This document shows positions 11,003-19,800 of a DNA stretch of 64,000 nucleotides, piece by piece; positions within the stretch are counted from its first letter, which is position 1, and each line of letters opens with the position of its first letter. Both the position numbers and the translations under genes were made by a program. Below the pieces are notes generated by a model. It was not told the origin of the DNA and did not search any database. It saw nothing but the letters and a program-made list of their open reading frames with translations. The stretch is from Sulfobacillus sp. (GTDB lineage Bacteria; Bacillota; Sulfobacillia; Sulfobacillales; Sulfobacillaceae): contig DAHWKG010000098.1 in NCBI GenBank assembly GCA_027343765.1, positions 46,411 through 110,410 of the forward strand, written 5' to 3'.

Positions 11003-11090
11003 GCCGAAGTGGCGGAATAGGCAGACGCGCGCGACTCAAAATCGCGTGAGGCAAACCCTCGTGCCGGTTCAAGTCCGGCCTTCGGCACCA
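11003..11090 (+). tRNA. tRNA-Leu (anticodon CAA)
   Basis: acceptor GCCGAAG/CTTCGGC, anticodon arm CGCGA-CTCAAAA-TCGCG, long variable arm, GGTTCAAGTCC T-loop, encoded CCA. Confidence 0.96.
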
Positions 11091-11097
11091 AAAGATT

Positions 11098-11122
11098 AGC
11101 GGCCCTGAATGGGCCGCTTTTT
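11098..11122 (+). terminator. rho-independent terminator after tRNA
   Basis: AGCGGCCC-tgaat-GGGCCGCT followed by T tract. Confidence 0.8.
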
Positions 11123-11143
11123 GCTTCGGAAAGGAGGTTCTGG

Positions 11144-11566
11144 ATGGCGCGTGAGAAAAGGACCGGAAGCTCCGCTCGTACGGGACTTCGAGATACCATT
11201 ATCGAGGTATTGACAGACCGCGGACCGCTGACCGCCAAGCAAGTGGCCGTCGAAAGCGGGGCTACGGTGGGCAATGCCCACTATCACCTGCAACGATTAA
11301 TGGCAGCGGGAGTGGTGGCACTGACCGAATCCGATGCGAGCGGTGCAGCGGAAAAGCGATACCGCATCGCCACCGAAGAGCGGGTCAACCCGACAGCCTT
11401 AGTGTTCGCGGTCGCAGATTTATCCCTCACGGTGGCTGAGACCGGGCAATTGGTCAACGAGTTAACGGCGCTCTTGCATCGCTGGGACACCGTCAGTCAA
11501 GTGCCGCGGGCGCGCACTCAGGCTGTTCGCCTGACCGTTCGATTAGACCGCGACATCACCAGTTGA
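11144..11566 (+). CDS. winged-helix (ArsR/HTH_20-like) transcriptional regulator
   Basis: RDTIIEVL..GPLTAKQVA..GNAHYHLQRL..EKRYR; AAGGAGG RBS. Confidence 0.75.
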   Translation: MAREKRTGSSARTGLRDTIIEVLTDRGPLTAKQVAVESGATVGNAHYHLQRLMAAGVVALTESDASGAAEKRYRIATEERVNPTALVFAVADLSLTVAETGQLVNELTALLHRWDTVSQVPRARTQAVRLTVRLDRDITS

Positions 11567-12236
11567 ACCGCTCCATCAAATCCAACAAGATATCGTTGAA
11601 CGTCTCAGGTTGTTCCAGCATCATGCTGTGCCCGGCGCCTGCGATTGTGAAGTACGGCGCATCGGGCCAAATTTCCAGGAAACTTTTGGTCAACGGTTCA
11701 GGGGTCATCCGATCTTCGGCTCCGGCAATAATCGCTTTCGGGCAGGTGACGGCCGACAGTTGATCGCGTCCGTCAAAGTACGTGCAGGCGACGAACTGGC
11801 GCCAGGCTTGGTGGCCATCAAACGATTGGGCTTGGGCTAGACTTTTTACTATAAGGGTCGGATCCGCCGTTTTTGCAAACGACCAGCGAGTAATCCGGCG
11901 GAGTGCCTCTTGGGGCTCCGACGCCAGCGATTCGATGAGGTTCGGGTTCACGGGAAGGTGTGGGCCGGTACCGACCAACACGAGACCTTCGATGAGATGA
12001 GGGGCCTTTAAAGCCATGGTTTGGGCGATCGCTCCGCCGAGAGAATGACCCATGAGTACCACCGGCTGCGTTAACTGATCGAGACCCCAGTCCGCCCAGG
12101 CATCGATTAACCGCTCTTCGGGCACACCCTTTAACCAGGGAAGCTCGGCCCGGGTGGCATTCTTTAGTACCCGCATCTGACGTGACCACACTAAGCGGTT
12201 GGAACCCGCCCCGTGAATGAGATACCAAAAAGCCAT
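11556..12236 (-). CDS. alpha/beta hydrolase
   Basis: LIHGAG, GHSLGG nucleophile elbow, GAEDRMTP, GAGH. Confidence 0.9.
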   Translation of the reverse strand: MAFWYLIHGAGSNRLVWSRQMRVLKNATRAELPWLKGVPEERLIDAWADWGLDQLTQPVVLMGHSLGGAIAQTMALKAPHLIEGLVLVGTGPHLPVNPNLIESLASEPQEALRRITRWSFAKTADPTLIVKSLAQAQSFDGHQAWRQFVACTYFDGRDQLSAVTCPKAIIAGAEDRMTPEPLTKSFLEIWPDAPYFTIAGAGHSMMLEQPETFNDILLDLMERFNW

Positions 12237-12365
12237 GTGACGCCTCCATTAGGCGACCCGGCGCTTGTCGCCAGGCGCCGCCATTTGATAACATAGATAA
12301 GAATATAACGCCTGGGGGCGGGTTCGTCATCCGCCTTCCCACGATATGAAGGAGCCGCGCCGGGC

Positions 12366-14912
12366 ATGCCCACCCAATTATTAATTGATGGCCATAGTCT
12401 TTTGTTCCGGGCCTATCATGCTCTTCCGCCCTTAACCACCAAGAACGGGGTGCCGACGGGCGCAATGCATGGCTTTCTATCCATGCTCTTTCGGGTCACA
12501 GATGCCGAGCAGCCCGAGCGTCTGATCGTGGTTTTTGATGCGGCCGTTGCTACCTTCCGCCATGAGCAATACGCCGAGTATAAAGCGCAACGCGAGGAGA
12601 CACCCGATGATTTTCGCCAACAGCTACCGCTTCTGCGCGAGCTATTGGAACGTTTGGGCATTCCGGTACTCGCAGTGGGGGGATTCGAGGCTGATGATAC
12701 GCTCGGGACACTGGCCATCATGGGCCGTGACCGGGGGTACCACTCGCTCATCGTCACGGGAGATCGGGACCTCTTGCAACTGGTTGACGACCACACCACC
12801 ATCTTGTTGACCAGTCGCAGTGGAATTTCTGATTTGGATCGCATGACTCGCGAGCGTGTCAAAGAGAAGATGGGCGTATGGCCAGAACAAGTCCCCGATT
12901 TGAAGGGGCTCATGGGGGATAGTTCGGACAATATACCGGGCGTGGCTGGCATTGGTCAGAAGTCGGCGTTGGCCCTCATTGATGCCTACGAATCGGTGGA
13001 CAGGCTCCTGGATAACCTCGATGCCTTAGACAATAGCCGCTGGTTGAAAGCCTTAAAAGGGCACGAAGAGGAGGCCCGGCGATACCGGGATTTGGCGACG
13101 ATTCAAACCCAGGTGCCCATCGAATGGCCGGACGTCCAAGAGCCGTTTCAGTGGCGTGTGGATGAGGGCGTTGTGGCCATGCTTGACGCGCTCGAGCTTC
13201 ACCAAGTGAGAAAACGGCTCAATATTCCCGTCCAGGCAGCGGAGACGACCGTTTCGGCCGAGGGGATGCCGCTTCCTCCGGTGCACCAGGTGGAGGCCCT
13301 GGCATTCCGCCAGGGACCTATTTACGGGAGCTTTGAGGAACAAGGAAACCTGTGGCTCTATGACCCGGAATCAAGCCAGGTCGTTCAAGCGTCGCTGGAC
13401 GAGTACCCTCTGCCCCCGGTAAAGTTGGCCACTTGGGGCAGTAAGGCGGTGCTCCGCCGCCACATCCAAGAGGGTCGGGCGCTCCCCGACTTCGTTGAGG
13501 ATGTGAAATTGGAAGCCTATTTATTGGACACGGAGCGGCGCGACTACAGCATTCCGCTCTTGCTGCAGGAAGCGGGAATCCGAGCGCCGGAACAAAGAAG
13601 CGGGGAGTACGCGGCAGCCGTGACCATGTTGGCGGAGCGGTTAGGCGAATCACTTCAGGTGCATGGGCTGGAACCGGTCTATCGGCAATTGGAGTTGCCA
13701 TTGACACGGGTCCTGGCCGGCATGGAGGCGGTGGGGGTGGCCGTCGATCGGGAGCGCCTGTATGGTCTTGGCGAGGAATTGAAGGCGTCGATTGCGGAAA
13801 CCGAGGCCGAAATCTACCGGCTTTCCGGGGCAACCTTCAATATTAATTCTCAGCGCCAGTTGGGCGAAGTCTTGTTTAACAAGCTGGGTTTGCCAGCCGT
13901 GAAGCGAACCAAAACAGGAATTTCCACCGACGCCGAGACCTTGGAAACGTTGCTTCCCTTGCATCCGGTAATCGAGCAAATTCTCACCTATCGGCAGTTG
14001 GTGAAGATTGAAAGCACCTATGTGGAAGGGCTCTTGCCGCTAATAGGCGATGATGGCCGCATTCATACCACCTTTCATCAGACGGTGACGGCGACGGGGC
14101 GACTGTCATCGAGTGACCCGAACTTGCAGAACATTCCCGTGCGCCTGCCGCTCGGTCGGCGGGTACGTAGTGTGTTTGTCGCCAGCCCCGGACGGACATT
14201 GTTGGCGGCCGACTATTCGCAGATTGAACTCCGGGTGCTGGCCCATTTGGCGTCCGATGAGAATCTTATTCAGGCGTTTCAGGAAGGGGAAGACATTCAC
14301 CGCCGAACGGCCTCCGAAATTTTCAATATCCCGGTGGATCAGGTGGACAGCACTTGGCGTAGTCGGGCCAAAGCCGTAAACTTTGGCATTATTTACGGCA
14401 TTTCCGACTTTGGCCTGTCCCGCGACACGGGGGTGAGCCGGAGCGAGGCGAAAGATTATATCGACCGTTACTATGCTCGTTATCCTCGGCTCAAGGAATA
14501 CTTCGAGAGCGTGCTCGAAGGAGCCCGACAGGATGGATTTGTGACAACCATCATGGGTCGTCGCCGGCTTTTGCCGGAAATCCGAACCAAAAATCGAGTG
14601 CGACGACAGTACGCAGAACGGACGGCGATGAACACCGCGATTCAGGGCAGTGCGGCCGATCTTATTAAAAAGGCCATGTTGGTCATCGACCAGCATATGC
14701 GAGAGGGGGACTATGCCAGCGACATGATTTTGCAGGTGCACGACGAACTCATTTGGGACGCGGACACCAAAGAGCTAAAGTCGCTGGCGACGCTGGCCCG
14801 GCGCGATATGATGGAAGCCATGACGCTTCGGGTGCCCTTGGTCGTGGAGTTAAAGTACGGGAGCAACTGGGATGCCATGGAGAAGTGGTCGGGGGATGAC
14901 CTCGATGCCTGA
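12366..14912 (+). CDS. polA: DNA polymerase I
   Basis: LIDGHSL, EADD, GDSSDNIPGV, TGRLSS.DPNLQNIP, DYSQIELR, KAVNFGIIYG, QVHDEL. Confidence 0.98.
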   Translation: MPTQLLIDGHSLLFRAYHALPPLTTKNGVPTGAMHGFLSMLFRVTDAEQPERLIVVFDAAVATFRHEQYAEYKAQREETPDDFRQQLPLLRELLERLGIPVLAVGGFEADDTLGTLAIMGRDRGYHSLIVTGDRDLLQLVDDHTTILLTSRSGISDLDRMTRERVKEKMGVWPEQVPDLKGLMGDSSDNIPGVAGIGQKSALALIDAYESVDRLLDNLDALDNSRWLKALKGHEEEARRYRDLATIQTQVPIEWPDVQEPFQWRVDEGVVAMLDALELHQVRKRLNIPVQAAETTVSAEGMPLPPVHQVEALAFRQGPIYGSFEEQGNLWLYDPESSQVVQASLDEYPLPPVKLATWGSKAVLRRHIQEGRALPDFVEDVKLEAYLLDTERRDYSIPLLLQEAGIRAPEQRSGEYAAAVTMLAERLGESLQVHGLEPVYRQLELPLTRVLAGMEAVGVAVDRERLYGLGEELKASIAETEAEIYRLSGATFNINSQRQLGEVLFNKLGLPAVKRTKTGISTDAETLETLLPLHPVIEQILTYRQLVKIESTYVEGLLPLIGDDGRIHTTFHQTVTATGRLSSSDPNLQNIPVRLPLGRRVRSVFVASPGRTLLAADYSQIELRVLAHLASDENLIQAFQEGEDIHRRTASEIFNIPVDQVDSTWRSRAKAVNFGIIYGISDFGLSRDTGVSRSEAKDYIDRYYARYPRLKEYFESVLEGARQDGFVTTIMGRRRLLPEIRTKNRVRRQYAERTAMNTAIQGSAADLIKKAMLVIDQHMREGDYASDMILQVHDELIWDADTKELKSLATLARRDMMEAMTLRVPLVVELKYGSNWDAMEKWSGDDLDA

Positions 14913-15756
14913 ATTGCCGGAAGTGGAAACGATTCGCTCCTATCTCGACCAGGTGCTGAGCGGCCAGCCGATTTTGGCGGTGCCGCACATTGATGAGCGG
15001 ATGGTCAAGCGTTCTCAAAAGGACGCTGAAGGCATTCGGGCGGCTCTCATCGGTCGTCACTTTGAGCGGGTGTCACGACGCGGCAAATTCCTCTTCTTGG
15101 CGTTAGCCGAAGGGGGGGCGCTCTTGGTGCATTTGGGAATGAGTGGACGCTTGGTGACGGAACCGGAAGGCGCCCCGGTTCGTCCGCATACCCACTTAGT
15201 GATTGGCTATCCGGGAGGGGAATTGCGTCTATCCGACCCGCGCCGATTTGGACGGATCGCCTGGGCCGACCCCGCCCTGGATCTTAACCTCGGCATTGAG
15301 CCGCTATCTCGGGCCTTTTCCGGCAGTCGTCTGGGCCGAGCCTTGAAGGGGCGGCGGGTGGCGATAAAGAGTGCGCTTCTCAATCAGAATCTGGTGGCGG
15401 GCCTAGGCAACATCTATGCCGATGAAGCGCTTTTTTACGCGCGGATTCATCCCGAGCGGCCGGCCGGTTCATTGACCGGGAACGAACTCCGGCTCTTAGC
15501 CCGCGGCATTCGTCTGGTGTTGCGGCGCTCCATCGCTCATCGCGGCACGTCGTTTTCGGACTATGTGGATGCGCTCGGACATCCGGGAGACAATCAAGGG
15601 TATCTTCGGGTCTATGGACGCGAGGGAAAACCGTGCGTTCGCTGTCACGCGGCGATTCAGCGTCGGGTGCTTTCGGGCCGATCCAGTCATTATTGCCCCG
15701 AGTGCCAACGCCTTGCCGAATCTGTTCATGAAGGAGAACATCATGCAGAAATTTAG
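14905..15756 (+). CDS. mutM: formamidopyrimidine-DNA glycosylase
   Basis: MPELPEVE start, HLGMSG, DPRRFG, GLGNIYADE, C-terminal Zn finger. Confidence 0.97.
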   Translation: MPELPEVETIRSYLDQVLSGQPILAVPHIDERMVKRSQKDAEGIRAALIGRHFERVSRRGKFLFLALAEGGALLVHLGMSGRLVTEPEGAPVRPHTHLVIGYPGGELRLSDPRRFGRIAWADPALDLNLGIEPLSRAFSGSRLGRALKGRRVAIKSALLNQNLVAGLGNIYADEALFYARIHPERPAGSLTGNELRLLARGIRLVLRRSIAHRGTSFSDYVDALGHPGDNQGYLRVYGREGKPCVRCHAAIQRRVLSGRSSHYCPECQRLAESVHEGEHHAEI

Positions 15757-15934
15757 CTTACTGTTGGAATCTGAGGAGAAGGCTCGCGAGGTCATGGATT
15801 TGTTATGGAACACCTGGGGTGTGCGGGGTGAAATGGAACTGTTGCCGATGGACGGACAGTATAAGTTAGACGTGGTGTCGGAAAAGGACCTGGCGGCGCA
15901 GCAAATGGAAAAACTCCCAGGGAAGCGGGTTTAA
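15743..15934 (+). CDS. small hypothetical protein (63 aa)
   Basis: AAGGAG RBS then MQKFSLLLESEEK...; overlaps mutM end and abuts next start. Confidence 0.7.
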   Translation: MQKFSLLLESEEKAREVMDLLWNTWGVRGEMELLPMDGQYKLDVVSEKDLAAQQMEKLPGKRV

Positions 15935-17212
15935 ATGCGGCGCTGGTGGCCCTGGCTCTTGCTGGTGCTGGCCCTGGTGCCGGCACTACTCATTTCGAAG
16001 CCGAAAGCCCCGCCTATTGTCACTCCGCCGAGTCGGGTGAGCGAGGCGATTTTGGCTAACCCTAGGACCCTCGATCCGGCATTGGCCGACAATCCCAATG
16101 AGTGGGCGGTCGATATGAATGTGTTCGATACCTTGTATCGGCTGACGCCAGGCGGCCAGGTGGTGGGCGACCTGGTGTCTCATCAAAGCATCTCCAACAA
16201 AACCATTACGCTGACAATTTTGCCAAAGCGTCTCGGCAACGGGGCGCGGCTTGGGGCGAGCATGGTGGCGGGGGCGCTCTCTCGGCCGCTCTGGCCCTCC
16301 GTGGGCTCCACTCAGGCTCGGGCGTTGTTGGCAGCCGTCAAGGGTGTCCATGCGGTCGAGACACATAATCAGACGTACTTGTCGGGTGTGTCGGTGGTGA
16401 ATCAGGATACCTTGAGCATCACCTTAACGAAGTCTGTGACCCCGGCGTTTTTAAGGGCTTTGGCCAATCCGGCGTTGGCCATTGTTCCCGTGGAAGACCA
16501 AACCCATGGGGGTCGGTACTGGCAGTTGACCAATCTCTATGGGACGGGCGGATATCGGTTGATCAGTTGGATTCCGAATGGCTCTCTCAGCTTTCAGCGG
16601 TTTTCCGGTCGAGGGCCGGAGACAGTAAATTTGGTCGACTACAGCAACTTTCAAGAAGCGCTGTTGGCCTTCCAAAATCAGGCCGTGTGGTTAGTTCCCG
16701 TGGATCCGGCCCAATTGGATCGGGTGCCCGGAAAGCTCTTGCCCCAAGTGAAAGCGCTCCAGACCCCCGGAAACCTGCAATTGGTCTTACGTCTGCATTC
16801 AGCTAACATCGCGATATATCCACGGTTAAGTACTCAGGAGTGGGTCAAGGCTGCCTTTCGGGGACGCATACCGAGTCTAAAGGGCCGATGGCCAGCGGGT
16901 GTCCGTCGCGGGAAGCCCATGACGCTTTATGTCAATCAAAGCCAGGCGGAGGCGGTGGTCTTGGCGGACACCCTCGCCCATTTGGAAAAGGGGCGCGTGA
17001 CGGTGAAAGCCCTCCCGGAGTCCATGTTAAAGAGCTTGGCGAAAGGAAACAAAATTGGCGCATATATTGGTCAGGTCAATTGGTTTAAGAAGGGGGCCAC
17101 CATGCCCTTGGCCCCGTTGCGCGCGTTGTGGCTGGTCAGCCCAAAAATCCAGGGTGTGCGCGCCTTTTCCAATGGGATTATTGATTGGCATAGCATCCAA
17201 TCGAAGTCGTAA
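15935..17212 (+). CDS. family-5 (peptide/nickel-like) ABC substrate-binding protein, no permease in window
   Basis: signal/TM segment, PRTLDPA, FDTLY, TLSITL, GTGGYRL. Confidence 0.7.
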   Translation: MRRWWPWLLLVLALVPALLISKPKAPPIVTPPSRVSEAILANPRTLDPALADNPNEWAVDMNVFDTLYRLTPGGQVVGDLVSHQSISNKTITLTILPKRLGNGARLGASMVAGALSRPLWPSVGSTQARALLAAVKGVHAVETHNQTYLSGVSVVNQDTLSITLTKSVTPAFLRALANPALAIVPVEDQTHGGRYWQLTNLYGTGGYRLISWIPNGSLSFQRFSGRGPETVNLVDYSNFQEALLAFQNQAVWLVPVDPAQLDRVPGKLLPQVKALQTPGNLQLVLRLHSANIAIYPRLSTQEWVKAAFRGRIPSLKGRWPAGVRRGKPMTLYVNQSQAEAVVLADTLAHLEKGRVTVKALPESMLKSLAKGNKIGAYIGQVNWFKKGATMPLAPLRALWLVSPKIQGVRAFSNGIIDWHSIQSKS

Positions 17213-17235
17213 GATACCGAACAAGGGGGAGCGCC

Positions 17236-17835
17236 ATGCGACTCATCGGCCTCACTGGCGGAATCGGTAGCGGCAAGAGTTCGGTCAGTCGGATGCTGGC
17301 CTCATACGGTGCCTTAATCATTGATGCCGACCAGATCACCCATGAGCTGGAACGGCGCGGTCAGCCCATTTGGCGCGCAATTTATGAAACGTTTGGTTGG
17401 GCGGTTCTCCAAGCGGACGGAGAGGTCGACCGGAAAAAGTTAGGGCATTGGGTGTTTTCGGAGCCCCTCTCTCGTGAAAAACTTAATGCCATCGTCCATC
17501 CGGCGGTGCGGGCGGAGATTCGTCGCCAATGTCAACAAGCCGAAGCTTCCGGAGTGCGGGTAACAATTTTGGATGTTCCATTGCTCATTGAGGGTGGGCT
17601 CTATCGCATGGTCGATGAAGTTTGGGTGGTTTATGCCCATCCGGAGGATCAAGCGCGAAGAATTGAGGCCCGCGATGGGGTGGGAGAAGAAAGCGCCTGG
17701 CAGCGAATTGGGGCGCAAATGCCTTTAAAAGAGAAGCTCGACTATGCCGATCGGGTCATCGACAATACGGGTGGGATGGACCGATTGGAGCGTGTGGTTA
17801 GGGAATTATGGCAAAACGTCGTCGCGGGCGCTTGA
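17236..17835 (+). CDS. coaE: dephospho-CoA kinase
   Basis: IGLTGGIGSGKS, IDAD, LNAIVHP, DVPLLIE, IDN. Confidence 0.96.
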   Translation: MRLIGLTGGIGSGKSSVSRMLASYGALIIDADQITHELERRGQPIWRAIYETFGWAVLQADGEVDRKKLGHWVFSEPLSREKLNAIVHPAVRAEIRRQCQQAEASGVRVTILDVPLLIEGGLYRMVDEVWVVYAHPEDQARRIEARDGVGEESAWQRIGAQMPLKEKLDYADRVIDNTGGMDRLERVVRELWQNVVAGA

Positions 17836-18560
17836 GGCTCGGAAATGTCGCCATTTGGGCCGTAATCGCAGCGCTGGTGGTGGCGTTGTATGGATGGTGG
17901 GCCCCCTTTCGGTATCGCACCGCCATCGTCTCCGCAGCCAGCCGCGAGCATTTGAGCCCCTATCTGGTAGCGGCTGTGGTACGGGTGGAAAGTGGGTTCC
18001 GGCCAACGGTCATCAGCCGTCGAGGTGCCGTCGGACTGATGCAGTTAATGCCGTCCAGTGCCCAGTGGATTGCCCGTCAGGTACCCTACCAGGGTCCCAT
18101 CGACTTAACCAATCCTCGCGTCAACGTCATGTTGGGGAGCTGGTATCTAAAATACTTGGTGGGGCGGTTTCACGGAAATCTGACATTGGCCTTGGCCGCC
18201 TATAACGGCGGGCCGGAGACGGTTGACCGTTGGCTCCAGCAAGGGCGGATGACCCAAGGGGAGACAACTTGGGTCCACATTCCCTACCCCGAAACCCGGC
18301 ACTTTGTTGCGCGCGTCAGGCGTTATCGAACGGCTTACCGGATCATGTATGCCTGGCTGACGGTAAAGGAACACTCTTCTCGGGGGGTGGTCTCGATGGC
18401 AAAGTTGATGTCTGAAGAGACAAAGATGAAGCTGGGTGAGCGACTCGGTGTCGATGATATCGTGCGTCAGGAAGGATGGGGCGGCGTACCCGCTCGTCAA
18501 TGCGGTAACCTGGTGCGAGAAGCGATCCGATTAGCGGAAGAGGAACTCAGTCAGAGCTAG
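17808..18560 (+). CDS. SLT lytic transglycosylase with in-frame C-terminal SASP-like segment
   Basis: TM helix, VESGF, GAVGLMQLMP, LAAYNGG, IPYPET; no stop before the SASP-like tail. Confidence 0.85.
   Translation: MAKRRRGRLRLGNVAIWAVIAALVVALYGWWAPFRYRTAIVSAASREHLSPYLVAAVVRVESGFRPTVISRRGAVGLMQLMPSSAQWIARQVPYQGPIDLTNPRVNVMLGSWYLKYLVGRFHGNLTLALAAYNGGPETVDRWLQQGRMTQGETTWVHIPYPETRHFVARVRRYRTAYRIMYAWLTVKEHSSRGVVSMAKLMSEETKMKLGERLGVDDIVRQEGWGGVPARQCGNLVREAIRLAEEELSQS
18396..18560 (+). CDS. small acid-soluble spore protein-like (SspF/alpha-beta family), probable internal start
   Basis: GGGGGGTGG RBS then MAKLMSEETKMKLGERLGV..EGWGGVPARQCGNLVREAIRLAE. Confidence 0.7.
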   Translation: MAKLMSEETKMKLGERLGVDDIVRQEGWGGVPARQCGNLVREAIRLAEEELSQS

Positions 18561-18572
18561 CCTCCCTGGCCG

Positions 18573-18603
18573 GAGCGGAGCTAAGGCTCCGCTCTTGGTT
18601 TTT
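18573..18603 (+). terminator. terminator ending polA...SASP operon
   Basis: GAGCGGAGC-taag-GCTCCGCTC then TTGGTTTTT. Confidence 0.65.
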
Positions 18604-18719
18604 CGTGCGCCCGGCATGGGCGTGTGCTTTAAAGTGAAAGTCCTGAACGGGGGATGACCGTTCCAACCGTTAGCCCGGTTAACGGGCCGTTTCGCTAGCG
18701 CAGGTATCTCGTAGCGAAA

Positions 18720-18835
18720 TTCCGCCATTTGCCACAGGCGCCCTTCGGTCGCCGCAGCTTCTAACTAGGCGACCGCTTCGCCTTGCCTCGCAACACCCAG
18801 ACTAAGACGTCGGTGTCGACCATGAATCGGGTCAT
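18720..18835 (-). pseudogene. degraded PIN-domain (VapC) toxin
   Basis: ATGA-coupled to antitoxin; MTRFMVDTDVLVWVLRG then stop at 18761; shifted frame gives EAVA*LEAAATEGRL; 3' limit approximate. Confidence 0.7.
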
Positions 18836-19092
18836 TGCGGGAACCGTTCCTCGTTCGCTCGAAGGTGCCGCATGAACTCGACAAGCTCCTCCACCGTGTC
18901 CGGCATTTCATCATGATCCTTCCAGGCCCCGGCGGCTTCTCGAATCGCGGTTAACTGATCTCGCCGTTGGATTTCATGACGGATAGCCTCGATTACGAAC
19001 TCCTCGGGTTTTTCAGCAGCCACCCGTTGGACGGCGTCCGCTAGATCACTCGGCAAGGAGACCGTGAACGATTTTTCGATCGCCACGCGCAT
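18832..19092 (-). CDS. ribbon-helix-helix (VapB/CopG-like) antitoxin
   Basis: TVSLPSDL..EFVIEAIRHEI..AAGAWKD; AAGGAGGG RBS; directly upstream of PIN remnant. Confidence 0.7.
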   Translation of the reverse strand: MRVAIEKSFTVSLPSDLADAVQRVAAEKPEEFVIEAIRHEIQRRDQLTAIREAAGAWKDHDEMPDTVEELVEFMRHLRANEERFPQ

Positions 19093-19220
19093 CCCTCCTT
19101 ATAGCTCCATTCTTGTAGAACTCGCCGCCGGTGTCCATCGCGACGCACGTCGCCACGCCTAAACGCAGGACAATGCGCGTGATCCGGCATCATCCGGCGA
19201 ATTCTTCCTGAATAGGGTCG

Positions 19221-19548
19221 CTAACCATTCCCCGCTCCAGGACTCAGGCGCCATTTAATGAGCCAGCCGGTTTGCATGGCCATGCGGACCCAACCCGCCA
19301 ACCCAGTCGCAATAACAAGCCGCTCAGCCCCTAGGGGCTGCGCCAACAAGAAGTCTCCTACAATGCGGCCTCGGTGGATCCAGCCTTTCAGTTTTTCCAG
19401 GCTTCGCATGTGCAAGAGGCTTCCCACCAACACCAGCGCCACAACCGTTCGGGCGGATTGTCGCATCGATTCCTGTCGAAGGAATTTGCTGGAACCAGGC
19501 GGGCAGATCGAATACCTTAGTAATCGAGCTCAGAAACCTTCTGAACAC
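19221..19548 (-). pseudogene. frameshifted gene remnant, possibly transposase N-terminus
   Basis: AGGAGGT RBS + GTG: MFRRFLSSITKVFDL..., continuing in another frame RTVVALVLVGSLLHMRSLEKL; transposase identity is recalled resemblance only. Confidence 0.4.
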
Positions 19549-19800
19549 GGAAAGGCACCTCCTCGTTGCCAGAGATTGAGGTGTCTTTCTTTCGGCGTGT
19601 CAGGACAAAACTCCGCCAAAAATTGGTAAAATACGTATGTTCCCACCCCGGTGATTATTACACCGCTCAAAACCCGCCATCGTTGCAACCCCGGCCTACC
19701 TCAGGAATTTCTGTGAGGAGTTTCTGGTGCCACTCCGAATGTAATTAAAGGTCCATGATCGATCGTAAATTCCCGATACCCGGGTTTACTAGGACGCTCG

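Noticed and set aside
11003-12236. tRNA-Leu as an integration site for an island
   Set aside because: No integrase and no duplicated tRNA 3' end seen downstream
19629-19643. LexA (Cheo) box-like GAACATACGTAT on minus strand
   Set aside because: Two mismatches in the conserved GTTC half; no supporting context
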